NCBI GenBank assembly: GCA_048882505.1
Contig: JBHLRO010000001.1
Span: 210,001 to 242,000, forward strand
DNA: 32,000 bases
Reading direction: 5' to 3'
Source of the DNA: Candidatus Thorarchaeota archaeon
Lineage (GTDB): Archaea; Asgardarchaeota; Heimdallarchaeia; Hodarchaeales; Hodarchaeaceae
This document shows positions 1 through 8,595 of this stretch, in pieces. A model generated the notes under the pieces. The model did not search any database. It was given only the letters and a program-made list of their open reading frames with translations, and was not told where the DNA came from. The position numbers and the translations under genes are program-made. Position 1 is the first letter of the stretch. Each line of letters opens with the position of its first letter.

Positions 1-1
1 C

Positions 2-1885
2 TCCCAGATGGAAGAGCTTTTCCCCGTAAATAACTCTTATTTTCAAGTTCCAGTGGTTCCTGCCTATGGTAATTACTCATCTCGAATTACCAACGGCATT
101 GCCAATTCAAACAATGACGTTCGGCCCAATAATATCGGAAAAATGTTAAGAAAAACCCTGATCAAGAAAATAATGGATGCTACCCCTGATTTTGTACGTT
201 TTTATCAACAATCATGGATAGGGTCTAATAACTGGGTAGCGGGAAGTGTGAAATCAGCCGGAGACAAACCGATCTTGAGTAATGATATGCATCTAGGCAT
301 TAATCTTCCTCATATTTGGTATGAAGCCCACCTGGTCGTTTCATCTGAGAATATCAACAGTTACGGTTATACTCTCACGGGTACTCCCGTTATTGTAGTT
401 GGTACCAACACTCATGTTGCCTGGGGATTTACGAACGTTGCCAATGATGCTGTTGACTGGTACGAATACATCTGGAACGGTGACCGTTCTATGTACTGGA
501 GTGGAAAAGAAAACCAATGGAAGTCTCCAAGCAAAAGAAACGTCACCATCGCCGTGCGGGGCGAGCCTGATCATATAGAAACTATTCTTTACACTGAAGA
601 TGGAGTAGTAATGGGAGAAACTGAAGGAAAAACGATGATGGCCATGCGATGGGTGGCCACCGAAGCTCCCACATACGAAATGCTCGCACTGAATGGTGCT
701 GTTAAAGCGCAGAACTGGTCTGATTTCAATGCCTCATTTCAATATTGGTCTGATCCCAGTCAGAATGTGATCTTTGCGGATTCCAGCGGAAACATCGCTT
801 TACGTCCAAGTGGAAGATTCATTAAACGTAAATACTTCGGAGAAGGAAGATACGTAATCAATGGAAGTGATCCAATAATAAACAAGACCTGGGAATACAT
901 CCCTTATAATGAACTTCCTTACGCTCTCAATCCACCTCAAGGTTATCTTGCCTCTGCTAATCAAAAGAGTACGGGCCCAGATTATCCCTATTATATCTCA
1001 TCGAGGCAGAGTAACGGTTACAGAGGAAGAGCGATCAACTACCTTCTTAAAAACGCACCTTCGGGATCAGTAGACATCGAATGGATGAAGGATGCCCAGG
1101 CTGGACGTGGGGGAATCTTTGATACTCGAGCCCAAGCTTTTACTCCTTTCTTTATCTCAGCGATTGAGGTATCCGGCCAGATTCAAGCTGGTTCCACTTC
1201 GGATGATGTCTTACAAATCCTGAAACAATGGCAAACAAGTTCAGATCAATGGTTAATGAACAAAACATACGTTGCTCCGACAATTTTTTCCCAAACAATG
1301 ACCCGTTTTAAGGAATACGTGTGGAACGATGAATGGACGGCTCGTGGTGTCACCGCATCGAAGCCAGGCGATAACGTTCTGGAATTTTTGGTTAAAAATG
1401 AACCCGATTCCATCTGGTTTGATGACGTCTCAACCCCTAGTATAATAGAAAACCGAGACGAAATCATTGTTAAAGCATTCAAACAAGCAGTGATTGACTT
1501 GGTTGATGAGTTCAGTTCTGAAGTTAGCGATTGGGTTTATGGGGCATACCATAGAATGCACTTTGACCATCTGGGAGGCATACCTGCCTTCTCAAGGGGT
1601 GATTATCCACATGATGGATCAGGGGCTACTTTGCTCAACGCAGGGGGACGTGAAGTCCGTGGAGGGCCAAGCGAGAGAATGATTGTAGATTTCAACGATA
1701 TTGCAGGCAGTTTGTCTGTAATTCCCGCAGGGGTTAGCGGCAATCCCGTGAATCCTCATTATGCAGACCAAGCTCTTGAATTGTGGATAAAGGGGGAACT
1801 TCATCCAATGTGGATCCAGTATGGTTCCGTTGCTGTATTTCCGGAAGAAATTAGAGAGGTTTCGATTACGTTTAACCCATTTTGA
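2..1885 (+). CDS. Penicillin acylase family (Ntn-hydrolase) protein, 5'-truncated by the window edge
   Basis: The frame is open from position 2 (tcc cag atg). It contains the beta-subunit N-terminal nucleophile motif G-SNNW (Ser codon 224-226), plus ILSNDMHL, PHIWYE, HVAWGFTN, QNVIFAD, ASANQK, and C-terminal GPSERMIVD and GVSGNP..PHYADQ. Confidence 0.9.
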   Translation, partial: SQMEELFPVNNSYFQVPVVPAYGNYSSRITNGIANSNNDVRPNNIGKMLRKTLIKKIMDATPDFVRFYQQSWIGSNNWVAGSVKSAGDKPILSNDMHLGINLPHIWYEAHLVVSSENINSYGYTLTGTPVIVVGTNTHVAWGFTNVANDAVDWYEYIWNGDRSMYWSGKENQWKSPSKRNVTIAVRGEPDHIETILYTEDGVVMGETEGKTMMAMRWVATEAPTYEMLALNGAVKAQNWSDFNASFQYWSDPSQNVIFADSSGNIALRPSGRFIKRKYFGEGRYVINGSDPIINKTWEYIPYNELPYALNPPQGYLASANQKSTGPDYPYYISSRQSNGYRGRAINYLLKNAPSGSVDIEWMKDAQAGRGGIFDTRAQAFTPFFISAIEVSGQIQAGSTSDDVLQILKQWQTSSDQWLMNKTYVAPTIFSQTMTRFKEYVWNDEWTARGVTASKPGDNVLEFLVKNEPDSIWFDDVSTPSIIENRDEIIVKAFKQAVIDLVDEFSSEVSDWVYGAYHRMHFDHLGGIPAFSRGDYPHDGSGATLLNAGGREVRGGPSERMIVDFNDIAGSLSVIPAGVSGNPVNPHYADQALELWIKGELHPMWIQYGSVAVFPEEIREVSITFNPF

Positions 1886-1895
1886 GGAATTAAAT

Positions 1896-2354
1896 GTGAC
1901 AAATAACGAAATTCAAACGTATTCATTTCCGCAGTTTTTAAAAAATCGCAAGATCATGGGTTTTGCATTTTCAATCTTCGGAATACTTCTCATTGATCTT
2001 TTTTTGGCCTCACAATTGCCTTTCTGGCTGCATCCGATCATTATTGGAGCCATCGTCGGCATAATCATCGGTAACGTAACCGGAGCCATCGTGGCATTAG
2101 TCGGAGCATTGATAGGTCGATTTTCCTCAATAATTACAATTACACTGACCAGATCGGGTGTTTTCGAAACCGCTGACCTATTTCTTCAAGTTATTGGAGA
2201 AACTCTTGGCGTATCCTTGCCTGCAGGATCTATATTGATTACTATACTGTCCATGCTATTCTGTGGCCTCTTTGCATTCTTAGGGGGCCTAATCGGGGGT
2301 TCAACGACAAAGATAGTAATTGCTTCACTTGGAACTACAAATGAATCTGATTAG
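1896..2354 (+). CDS. Small polytopic membrane protein (about 4-5 TM, GxxxG-rich), unknown function
   Basis: The ORF track starts at 1821 inside the upstream gene. GTG at 1896 has GAGGA at 1884-1888 and lies 10 nt after the acylase stop. Hydrophobic segments include IIGAIVGIIIGNVTGAIVALVGALIG and LFAFLGGLIGG. Confidence 0.75.
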   Translation: MTNNEIQTYSFPQFLKNRKIMGFAFSIFGILLIDLFLASQLPFWLHPIIIGAIVGIIIGNVTGAIVALVGALIGRFSSIITITLTRSGVFETADLFLQVIGETLGVSLPAGSILITILSMLFCGLFAFLGGLIGGSTTKIVIASLGTTNESD

Positions 2355-2360
2355 GTTTCC

Positions 2361-2369
2361 TTTTTTTTT
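2361..2369 (+). terminator. Oligo(T) tract, candidate archaeal intrinsic terminator
   Basis: T9 run beginning 7 nt after the stop at 2354, in the gap between convergent genes. Confidence 0.45.
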
Positions 2370-2447
2370 GGAATCTGGGGTCCATTTTTGTTTAATCGCT
2401 GTGTTACAGAAAGGCTCAAGTGAAATGATGCCTATTTCTCAATAGCG

Positions 2448-3755
2448 CTAAGGCCCATTCCCATAGAGTTCAGGTAGTTTCTGCTCGAGGTCATGCAAAA
2501 CCTCTTCCTCATTAATAGTCAATACCCGACGATCGTACATCAATAATTGGCCATTAACAATTAAAGAATGCGTATCACTCCCATTGGCAGCATAGACAAG
2601 GTTTGAGATGACATTAGAACTGGGAATCAAATGCGGCTTATGAAAATCCATAATTACTAGATCAGCGACGGGTTGCGGATTCTTTTTGCCAATGAGCGTC
2701 CTGGGTTTCAATCGTTCTCTTAAAGCCCAACATGTGTCGTTTAAAGCTTGTTCAGCTGTATAAAGAGCAGGATCCCAACGGTGTGCAGAAATAACATTGG
2801 CAGCATTTCGCATCTCGCGCCATAGATCAAGGGTATTATTAGAAGCGGAACCATCTGTTCCAATGGCGACCGTCGCGTTTGCCTTAAGAAGTTCAGGGAT
2901 CGGTGTTACCCCCCCGTAGGCCAATTTTTGAGAAGAAACTGGACACCATCCAACAATGGATTCATGTTTTCCCAATATTTCCACTTCCCGTTGCGTTATC
3001 CAGGTACAATGGGCAAGAATCGCATCTACCTCGTCACGAAAGAATCCTAATTGATCTAATCTTTCCACGGGAGGTGCTTTGTGTTTCTCTTCAGATTCCA
3101 GAACTTCTTTACGAGTTTCTGACGCATGGATCATAATTGGTACAGAATGTTTCTCTGCCAAGTCTGCTGTCTTCAAGATCGTTTCGGCATCCACTGTCGA
3201 TTGGGAATGAGGGGCAATACTGGCTTCCAGCAATGGAGAGGTGTTGGCCAGGTCCAAAGCTCTACGAAATTCCATTAGTTGAAATTCAATCCCTCCCTGG
3301 TCTACGAAGGCACTAGGTAGCACACCACTACCCAACCATCCTCTTAATCCCGCTTGAGCCAATACAGCGCCAATTTTTGATTCATGAAAGTAAAAATCGG
3401 CCGCACCACCAGTTCCTGACTTAATCATTTCGAGAGCTGCGAGCTTGGTACCCATTGTAATCCAGCTGGCGTCGAATTTTCCTTCGATCTCCCAAACATC
3501 CTGAAGCCATGGAAATAATGGTTTATTATCTGAGTATCCTCTTAAGAGGGTCATAGGGAGATGTGTATGGCTGTTAATAGGTGGTGGGAGCACTATTAAT
3601 CTCCGACCCTGAATCTGAAATTCAGGATCTGGTAATTTGGCTCTGGGTGATATTTCAGTGATCATGTTATCCTCTATTACAATGTTTGTTTTTGTCTGTA
3701 ATTTGTCTATTCTTGGTTCTGGTAGAAACGAGACGCCCTGAAGAAGTAATTCCAT
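2448..3755 (-). CDS. Metal-dependent amidohydrolase, 5-methylthioadenosine/S-adenosylhomocysteine deaminase (MtaD)-like
   Basis: NSHTHLPM (HxH), APHS, IHASET, AHCTW, CPVSSQKL and GTDGSASNNTLD motifs, plus C-terminal ADLVI and SNLVYA. ATG at 3755 (TTG at 3758 is an alternative) follows AGGA. Confidence 0.85.
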   Translation of the reverse strand: MELLLQGVSFLPEPRIDKLQTKTNIVIEDNMITEISPRAKLPDPEFQIQGRRLIVLPPPINSHTHLPMTLLRGYSDNKPLFPWLQDVWEIEGKFDASWITMGTKLAALEMIKSGTGGAADFYFHESKIGAVLAQAGLRGWLGSGVLPSAFVDQGGIEFQLMEFRRALDLANTSPLLEASIAPHSQSTVDAETILKTADLAEKHSVPIMIHASETRKEVLESEEKHKAPPVERLDQLGFFRDEVDAILAHCTWITQREVEILGKHESIVGWCPVSSQKLAYGGVTPIPELLKANATVAIGTDGSASNNTLDLWREMRNAANVISAHRWDPALYTAEQALNDTCWALRERLKPRTLIGKKNPQPVADLVIMDFHKPHLIPSSNVISNLVYAANGSDTHSLIVNGQLLMYDRRVLTINEEEVLHDLEQKLPELYGNGP

Positions 3756-3915
3756 CAAAAAGCCATCCTACGGAGTTCAAAGGTAAATGTATTGACAGAA
3801 TAAAATGAAATATCCTGATTTCGTTGTCATAAGAAACATCTTTTTAAATAATGACCCGACGAAAATGTTTATTCTGGGATTAATATATCCTGAAACCATT
3901 TTTGAGTGGATCATA

Positions 3916-5412
3916 ATGGAAAGAGAAAACGCCCAACAGCAAGTAACATCAGTAGCCTTGAGAGGTAGACTCATAGACTTGAAAACAGCGGAAGAAGAAA
4001 CCAAGATAGAAGAATGGCAAACTCATGCCTTAGAAGAGCATATAAAAAAAGCTGGTATTAGAAAACGAGGTTTTGCGATGCCATTGGCGGAAGACGTCCG
4101 GAATATTACCAATACGACTGAAGCGATGAATGATGTGAAATCCTTCTTACCTGAGGTCCAATTATCAGGATGGGAACTTAGGGTTGAGCGGAACACTAGA
4201 GCTTGGGGGGGCAGTTATTATCGTGTCCTTGAAACAACCGATACTGACACCAAAGAGGATTTAAAATGCATTCAATGGATCTATGTGTGGACAAAACAAC
4301 GTGTTTTTATTAGTCTCTGGATGACCGTTCTTCCGTTATTTCTCTTGTCACTTGTAGGGACTCTGATCTATTCTTATTTATCCTTACAAGAAGCAGCAAT
4401 CTCTGTCGGTCTAATTGGATTAATCTTTTTCCTGCTTGGGATTTCGCAATTGCTCACAGCAGTTAGGGGTCTTAGCAAGGGGGCATTTTATTTTAGTAAT
4501 CAACAACTATTCCTGATATTCGGAGGGTTATTTTGGCTCTTATTACTTGAAATCTACTTCACTAAAGGATCGCAGAATAAAGAAATCATTTCAACCCAAG
4601 AAGTTTGGCATAAGATTCCAGGTCAAGAAATCATTGACAACCTTACAGAAAATCTAATTCATAAATCCCTTTCGCTATCATGGATTGCAGCCCTCTTTTT
4701 TATCTTAGGATTGGTAGCCCTAATCCTATGGCGGTTTCAAGATCGCATTCCCTCGTTTACACATGCTACGCACGATATGGATTACGCTCCCTTGTTTTTA
4801 TATCTAAGAAAAAGAAATAATTCTTGGAATCTGGAAAAAGTGCGGTACGATGCATTCCACTATCTCGCTGATACAAAATCCTACCAAGAACTGGAGGAAC
4901 TGGGTGCTTTAAGTGGTAATAAAAAAAGTGCCAAGTTAGAAATACCCAATTTTTGGCATTCCTTCTCTCCATTGACGGGACGTCTTCACGGATGGACGAT
5001 TGTTTTTTTTGGTATTCTCGTACTCATTGTTTCAATAACGATCGGAATTATTTCCTTTACTGCCTCTGAAGGTAGTTACTTGGGCAATGCAGTTTTCAGA
5101 TTCGTTGTATTCCCAGTTTCCTTATTCGTGGGTGTCTATCTAATTTCAGCAAAATGGCCACACCAACTTGTGCAAAAGAAAAAAACTGACCTAGCAAATG
5201 ATAAATTCCATTTGACTGACAATAGGTTGAATATTTTTTGGAATATTAAAGGAGAGGAGCCTGCGTTGAAGGTAAGGTCAAAACTACAAGATCCATGGAT
5301 GGATGACGAGCTTTTTACAACCTTTCGGGATGATTTAACCCAGATAGTCTTCTATTCCTTACTTCCGAGACTAGCTGCACTAGAACAAGAGAAATTCTTT
5401 CGTAGATTGTGA
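3916..5412 (+). CDS. Polytopic membrane protein (about 6-7 TM) with interleaved soluble domain, unknown function
   Basis: 535-codon ORF from 3805. ATG at 3916, preceded by GAGTGG, is the more plausible start. Four or five hydrophobic helices lie between QWIYVW and HDMDY, and two more follow FWHSF. Confidence 0.8.
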   Translation: MERENAQQQVTSVALRGRLIDLKTAEEETKIEEWQTHALEEHIKKAGIRKRGFAMPLAEDVRNITNTTEAMNDVKSFLPEVQLSGWELRVERNTRAWGGSYYRVLETTDTDTKEDLKCIQWIYVWTKQRVFISLWMTVLPLFLLSLVGTLIYSYLSLQEAAISVGLIGLIFFLLGISQLLTAVRGLSKGAFYFSNQQLFLIFGGLFWLLLLEIYFTKGSQNKEIISTQEVWHKIPGQEIIDNLTENLIHKSLSLSWIAALFFILGLVALILWRFQDRIPSFTHATHDMDYAPLFLYLRKRNNSWNLEKVRYDAFHYLADTKSYQELEELGALSGNKKSAKLEIPNFWHSFSPLTGRLHGWTIVFFGILVLIVSITIGIISFTASEGSYLGNAVFRFVVFPVSLFVGVYLISAKWPHQLVQKKKTDLANDKFHLTDNRLNIFWNIKGEEPALKVRSKLQDPWMDDELFTTFRDDLTQIVFYSLLPRLAALEQEKFFRRL

Positions 5413-5479
5413 AAGGATACGGGATTCCCCCCTCCCTTTTTTATCAGAAATTTACAAAGCAAATATCACGAACGCTTTA

Positions 5480-5866
5480 CTAGAGAAACTCAAATCGGTT
5501 TAACAAGAATGATATGAGTTCTCCTCTAGAGATAAGAGAAATTACAGTCGTTTGGTCAGCCAGGCGTTTTGCTGAGTACGAAAAGCCCATGCAGGAAATA
5601 ATAATTATCTTGGTTAACTTTGGACAGGCTTGGAGTAACTCTTCAGCCTTATGAACCTGACCTACTCCCACATTTCGCTTCCAATCCCGAATAATAACCC
5701 CTATAAGCTCATTCTGCGAATTTTGATGTGTTAAAACATAGGATAGGCGAGAATCAGCAATTGGATTATCAGTTATGAGAGCTGGATGGGTGAACTGAAA
5801 TCCCATCCCTTCGAATGCAGTGAGAAAAAGCTGTTCCAAGTTAAGAGTTTGATAGTCGATTGACAT
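5480..5866 (-). CDS. Stand-alone Mrr-like restriction-endonuclease-fold protein, catalytic residues degenerate
   Basis: The pattern LEQLF..AFEGMGF / IGVIIRDWKRNVGVGQV / KIIIISCMGFSYSAKRLA / ISLISRGEL follows the Mrr_cat consensus (FE..GY; VQcKry..vg; gifitts.Ft..A; i.Lidg.eL). Confidence 0.7.
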   Translation of the reverse strand: MSIDYQTLNLEQLFLTAFEGMGFQFTHPALITDNPIADSRLSYVLTHQNSQNELIGVIIRDWKRNVGVGQVHKAEELLQACPKLTKIIIISCMGFSYSAKRLADQTTVISLISRGELISFLLNRFEFL

Positions 5867-5945
5867 TTTAGACGGATCCTAAGGATTCGGTTCTAAGAGA
5901 AAACTAATTACAAAGCGTTGTAGGTTTGTTTTTTAATTTCTATAT

Positions 5946-5953
5946 TATATAAA
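5946..5953 (-). promoter_or_regulatory. Candidate TATA box (TTTATATA) with purine-rich BRE-like upstream sequence for the Mrr-like gene
   Basis: Minus strand reads AGAAGACTA-TTTATATA, about 80 nt upstream of the ATG at 5866. Confidence 0.35.
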
Positions 5954-6142
5954 TAGTCTTCTAATGATCTAGGGGGGAATGTTCCTAAAATAAAGACGAC
6001 TCAAACTCTTTAATCCATACATATACCGACAAAATGCAAGGAAGAAAGAAAATAGGCCCAAAGGGTACTCATGCTTTAAAACAAGAGGATAACTCTCTCT
6101 AATCACAAATTGCCAAATTACAATCGAATGTTACGTAGAAAG

Positions 6143-6149
6143 AAAAAAA
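6143..6149 (-). terminator. T-rich tract downstream of the histone gene, candidate terminator
   Basis: Minus strand reads ...TTCTTTTCATAATCTTTTTTTCTTTCT, with a T7 about 57 nt after the histone stop. Confidence 0.3.
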
Positions 6150-6206
6150 GATTATGAAAAGAACCGGAACGAGCTATAGGATATCAAAGATCACTTATTT
6201 GAAAAA

Positions 6207-6419
6207 TTATGAGGCCTTGGAGGCTGCAAGTTTAATATCCGATTCCTTCACTGTTTTACGACCCGAATGAGAGGCAATTTCGACTGCGTACCTAGCAATA
6301 TCGGTTGCTTTTGCACCTAAAACATCATCAAGTTCAAGGATTGCCTTTGCTGACACTCGAATTGCCCCAGATTCTTTGATCAACTTTTCTATTCTTGCTT
6401 TGCTAAACGACGTGGCCAT
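6207..6419 (-). CDS. Archaeal histone (HMf/HTk family), 70 aa
   Basis: Aligns by eye to HMfB: ARIEKLIKESGAIRVS, DIARYAVEIASHSGRKTVKESDIKLA (R-V-S, H..RKT and D-I conserved). A GGTG ribosome-binding site precedes the ATG. Confidence 0.95.
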   Translation of the reverse strand: MATSFSKARIEKLIKESGAIRVSAKAILELDDVLGAKATDIARYAVEIASHSGRKTVKESDIKLAASKAS

Positions 6420-6516
6420 CTATATACACCTGAGCTGTTTTACTCAAATAATTGCCCAACTTCGAATGAATTCCAAAAACTCGTCCGAAGTCTGGATCGG
6501 GCCTAGAAATTTTAGA

Positions 6517-6526
6517 TTTTATAAAA
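6517..6526 (-). promoter_or_regulatory. Candidate TATA box (palindromic TTTTATAAAA) upstream of the histone gene
   Basis: About 100 nt upstream of the histone ATG. The motif is palindromic, so its orientation is ambiguous. Confidence 0.3.
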
Positions 6527-7289
6527 TTAACGTTTCTTGTACCCCTATTTATACAAAGAGGAATGTATGATACCGTGAAATCATCTTAAGGTTCATTTTC
6601 GGATTATCCTCTTCTTTTAAGTCCACGTAGTTGATAGCTATATACCATCGAAATCTATCCTAGAGAACTGAAGTTGGCTCGTGATTTAAAACCCAGATGA
6701 AGGATTAATATGTGTAAATTGCGCGATCTTTCTGATCCTGCCAAAAACACTTTACGCTGTAGTTTTCAAGATAATTTTTTGGTTCAAATGCCAAAATATC
6801 AAATTAAATCGGTTTTTCATTTACTCTTGAGTTAAAACTATGGCAAAGGCACCTTTGATAGTCGATGGGAGTGGGGAGAATCTAAGGAACTAATACATTC
6901 TTCCCGTTCAGATCCTTTCTTTTTTTCTGAACTAGGTAAGGATAGTGACTCAAAGATCACAGGGGAAGGAAGGATCGAGCGATTGAACCACCGAATGATT
7001 ATCTCCTCACACAAAGAGATGAAGCCAAGGTGCCCAATCTGCCAATCCACGATTTTATGGATATTATTGGTTTCTACTCACAGTCACAACATTTGGATAA
7101 GTATTCGGAATTCATATGACCTACTTAATAATCCTTCAAGACCTCACTGGAATACGAGGTTCTAAAAGCTGCCAGAATCAGAATATGGCCTTATTTTCAT
7201 CAATGTTGCAGGGAATCTTATTTAAGTCGAAATGGACGCCTGTTATTGTCTATTATCAGATATCATTTGAATTCAATACGTGGTTCATC

Positions 7290-8096
7290 ATGGAAATTTC
7301 TTTAAGCAAAAAAATAAACAATGGGTTCTCCCCCCTTAAAGAAAAATCCATTCTTGTGGCGTTTTCTGGGGATATCAACTCATCATTGGTCGCCCGAATC
7401 ATAGAAGAACGGGCCTCCACCGCCTGCCTTGCAACGGTTATTTCCGTTTGGTTGGATGAAACAGAAATTCAAGATATTCGCGCGAGCGCCGCTCAATTCC
7501 ATTTGCCACATGTCTTTGAAACAATTCCAGCCTATACTCTAAGCCATACGTACTGGGGGGCATCAGATAGCTGCTTTTATTGCAAGATTCATATTTCCTC
7601 ACATCTTCTGGATTACGCAAAACGAATGGGGTATGATGTCGTAATTGATGGATCTGATGCATCAAGTAAGGATTATCTTCCTTATTTTTTTCCTATTTCG
7701 AAATTAGGAGTTTATTCTCCTCTAGCTATGGGAGAAATAACAAATGATGAGGTACAAGCGCTTTTTACTTATTATAGCTTGACAACTGACATACAGAATC
7801 TAAAAATTTGCCCCTCGGAACGATTCCCAGCAGGAAGGCCTATTAATCGGGAATCGATAGACCGGGTCTTAAAAGCTGAGTCATATTTGAAGAGCCTCGG
7901 CTTGTTTGACCGGATTAAGGTTAGTGATCATGAAAATCTATGTCGTATACTTGTGGACAGGGAATCTTTTAACAAGGCAGCCGTTAATTTGAGTCAAAAT
8001 CGGGCAAAAATAGTAAAATATCTAAAAGCGTTGGGTTATGCCTATATTGTCCTTGATCTAGAAGGCGAAAACCAATTTTTCCAGCCAGAACATTAA
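7290..8096 (+). CDS. LarE-like (PP-loop, TIGR00268-type) protein with degenerate ATP-binding motifs
   Basis: AFSGDINSS (PP-loop-like), CFYCK, DGSD, SPL, CPSERFP.G..I, AESYL..LG and LG(Y)AYIVLDLEG follow the LarE consensus order. ATG at 7290 is preferred to 7116 because the extension shows no homology. Confidence 0.8.
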   Translation: MEISLSKKINNGFSPLKEKSILVAFSGDINSSLVARIIEERASTACLATVISVWLDETEIQDIRASAAQFHLPHVFETIPAYTLSHTYWGASDSCFYCKIHISSHLLDYAKRMGYDVVIDGSDASSKDYLPYFFPISKLGVYSPLAMGEITNDEVQALFTYYSLTTDIQNLKICPSERFPAGRPINRESIDRVLKAESYLKSLGLFDRIKVSDHENLCRILVDRESFNKAAVNLSQNRAKIVKYLKALGYAYIVLDLEGENQFFQPEH

Positions 8097-8125
8097 TCCA
8101 ATGTACGAAACACCTGAAAACACAT

Positions 8126-8593
8126 GTGGATACAGTGTCAATTGATTATACTCAATTTCCGTTCAAGTGGATGCCACAAATCATTTCCCTTCTTCATACA
8201 ACAGATAAACAAGCGGCATTCGAATTAGCACGTAAAATTGGGGCGTGCGTACTTGATACTCGTGAAGTTATCCGAATGCTTTACTTTATCACCAATCAGG
8301 GGCGGTTGATTAGAGGAAATCAGAAAAATTCCGAGTGGAGACTTGTCCACGCAGCTAATCCTGAGAAAATGGGTTTTCGTACGAGGTTTATTCAGGACCT
8401 AATTAAACTATTAGATCTCCTGCATGAACAAAACGGTTTCTCAAAAGTAGAGGAATTAGCAGAACGGTTGAACTTTGAATATAATGAGGCTTCTCAGGCT
8501 TTGATCTTCTTAGAAACCATTACCAATCACGGTCGCCTGGAATACGAGGATATCGGAAGTAAACGTTGTTGGTATCTGCGAGAGTGGCCTTGA
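8126..8593 (+). CDS. Tandem winged-helix (two wHTH repeats) protein
   Basis: Internal duplication: LLH..ELARKIG..ITNQGRL..W-R-L and LLH..ELAERLN..ITNHGRL..W-Y-L. Starts 29 nt after the LarE-like stop. Confidence 0.75.
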   Translation: MDTVSIDYTQFPFKWMPQIISLLHTTDKQAAFELARKIGACVLDTREVIRMLYFITNQGRLIRGNQKNSEWRLVHAANPEKMGFRTRFIQDLIKLLDLLHEQNGFSKVEELAERLNFEYNEASQALIFLETITNHGRLEYEDIGSKRCWYLREWP

Positions 8594-8595
8594 CT

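Noticed and set aside
6770-6800. TTTTGG-TTCAAATG-CCAAAA hairpin resembling a tRNA T-arm
   Set aside because: The loop is 8 nt rather than 7, and no acceptor, D or anticodon arms can be folded around it.
7116-7289. Longest-ORF N-terminal extensions (also 1821-1895, 3805-3915 and 18052-18162)
   Set aside because: They show no family similarity, and downstream starts have better RBS or TATA context or avoid overlapping the upstream gene.
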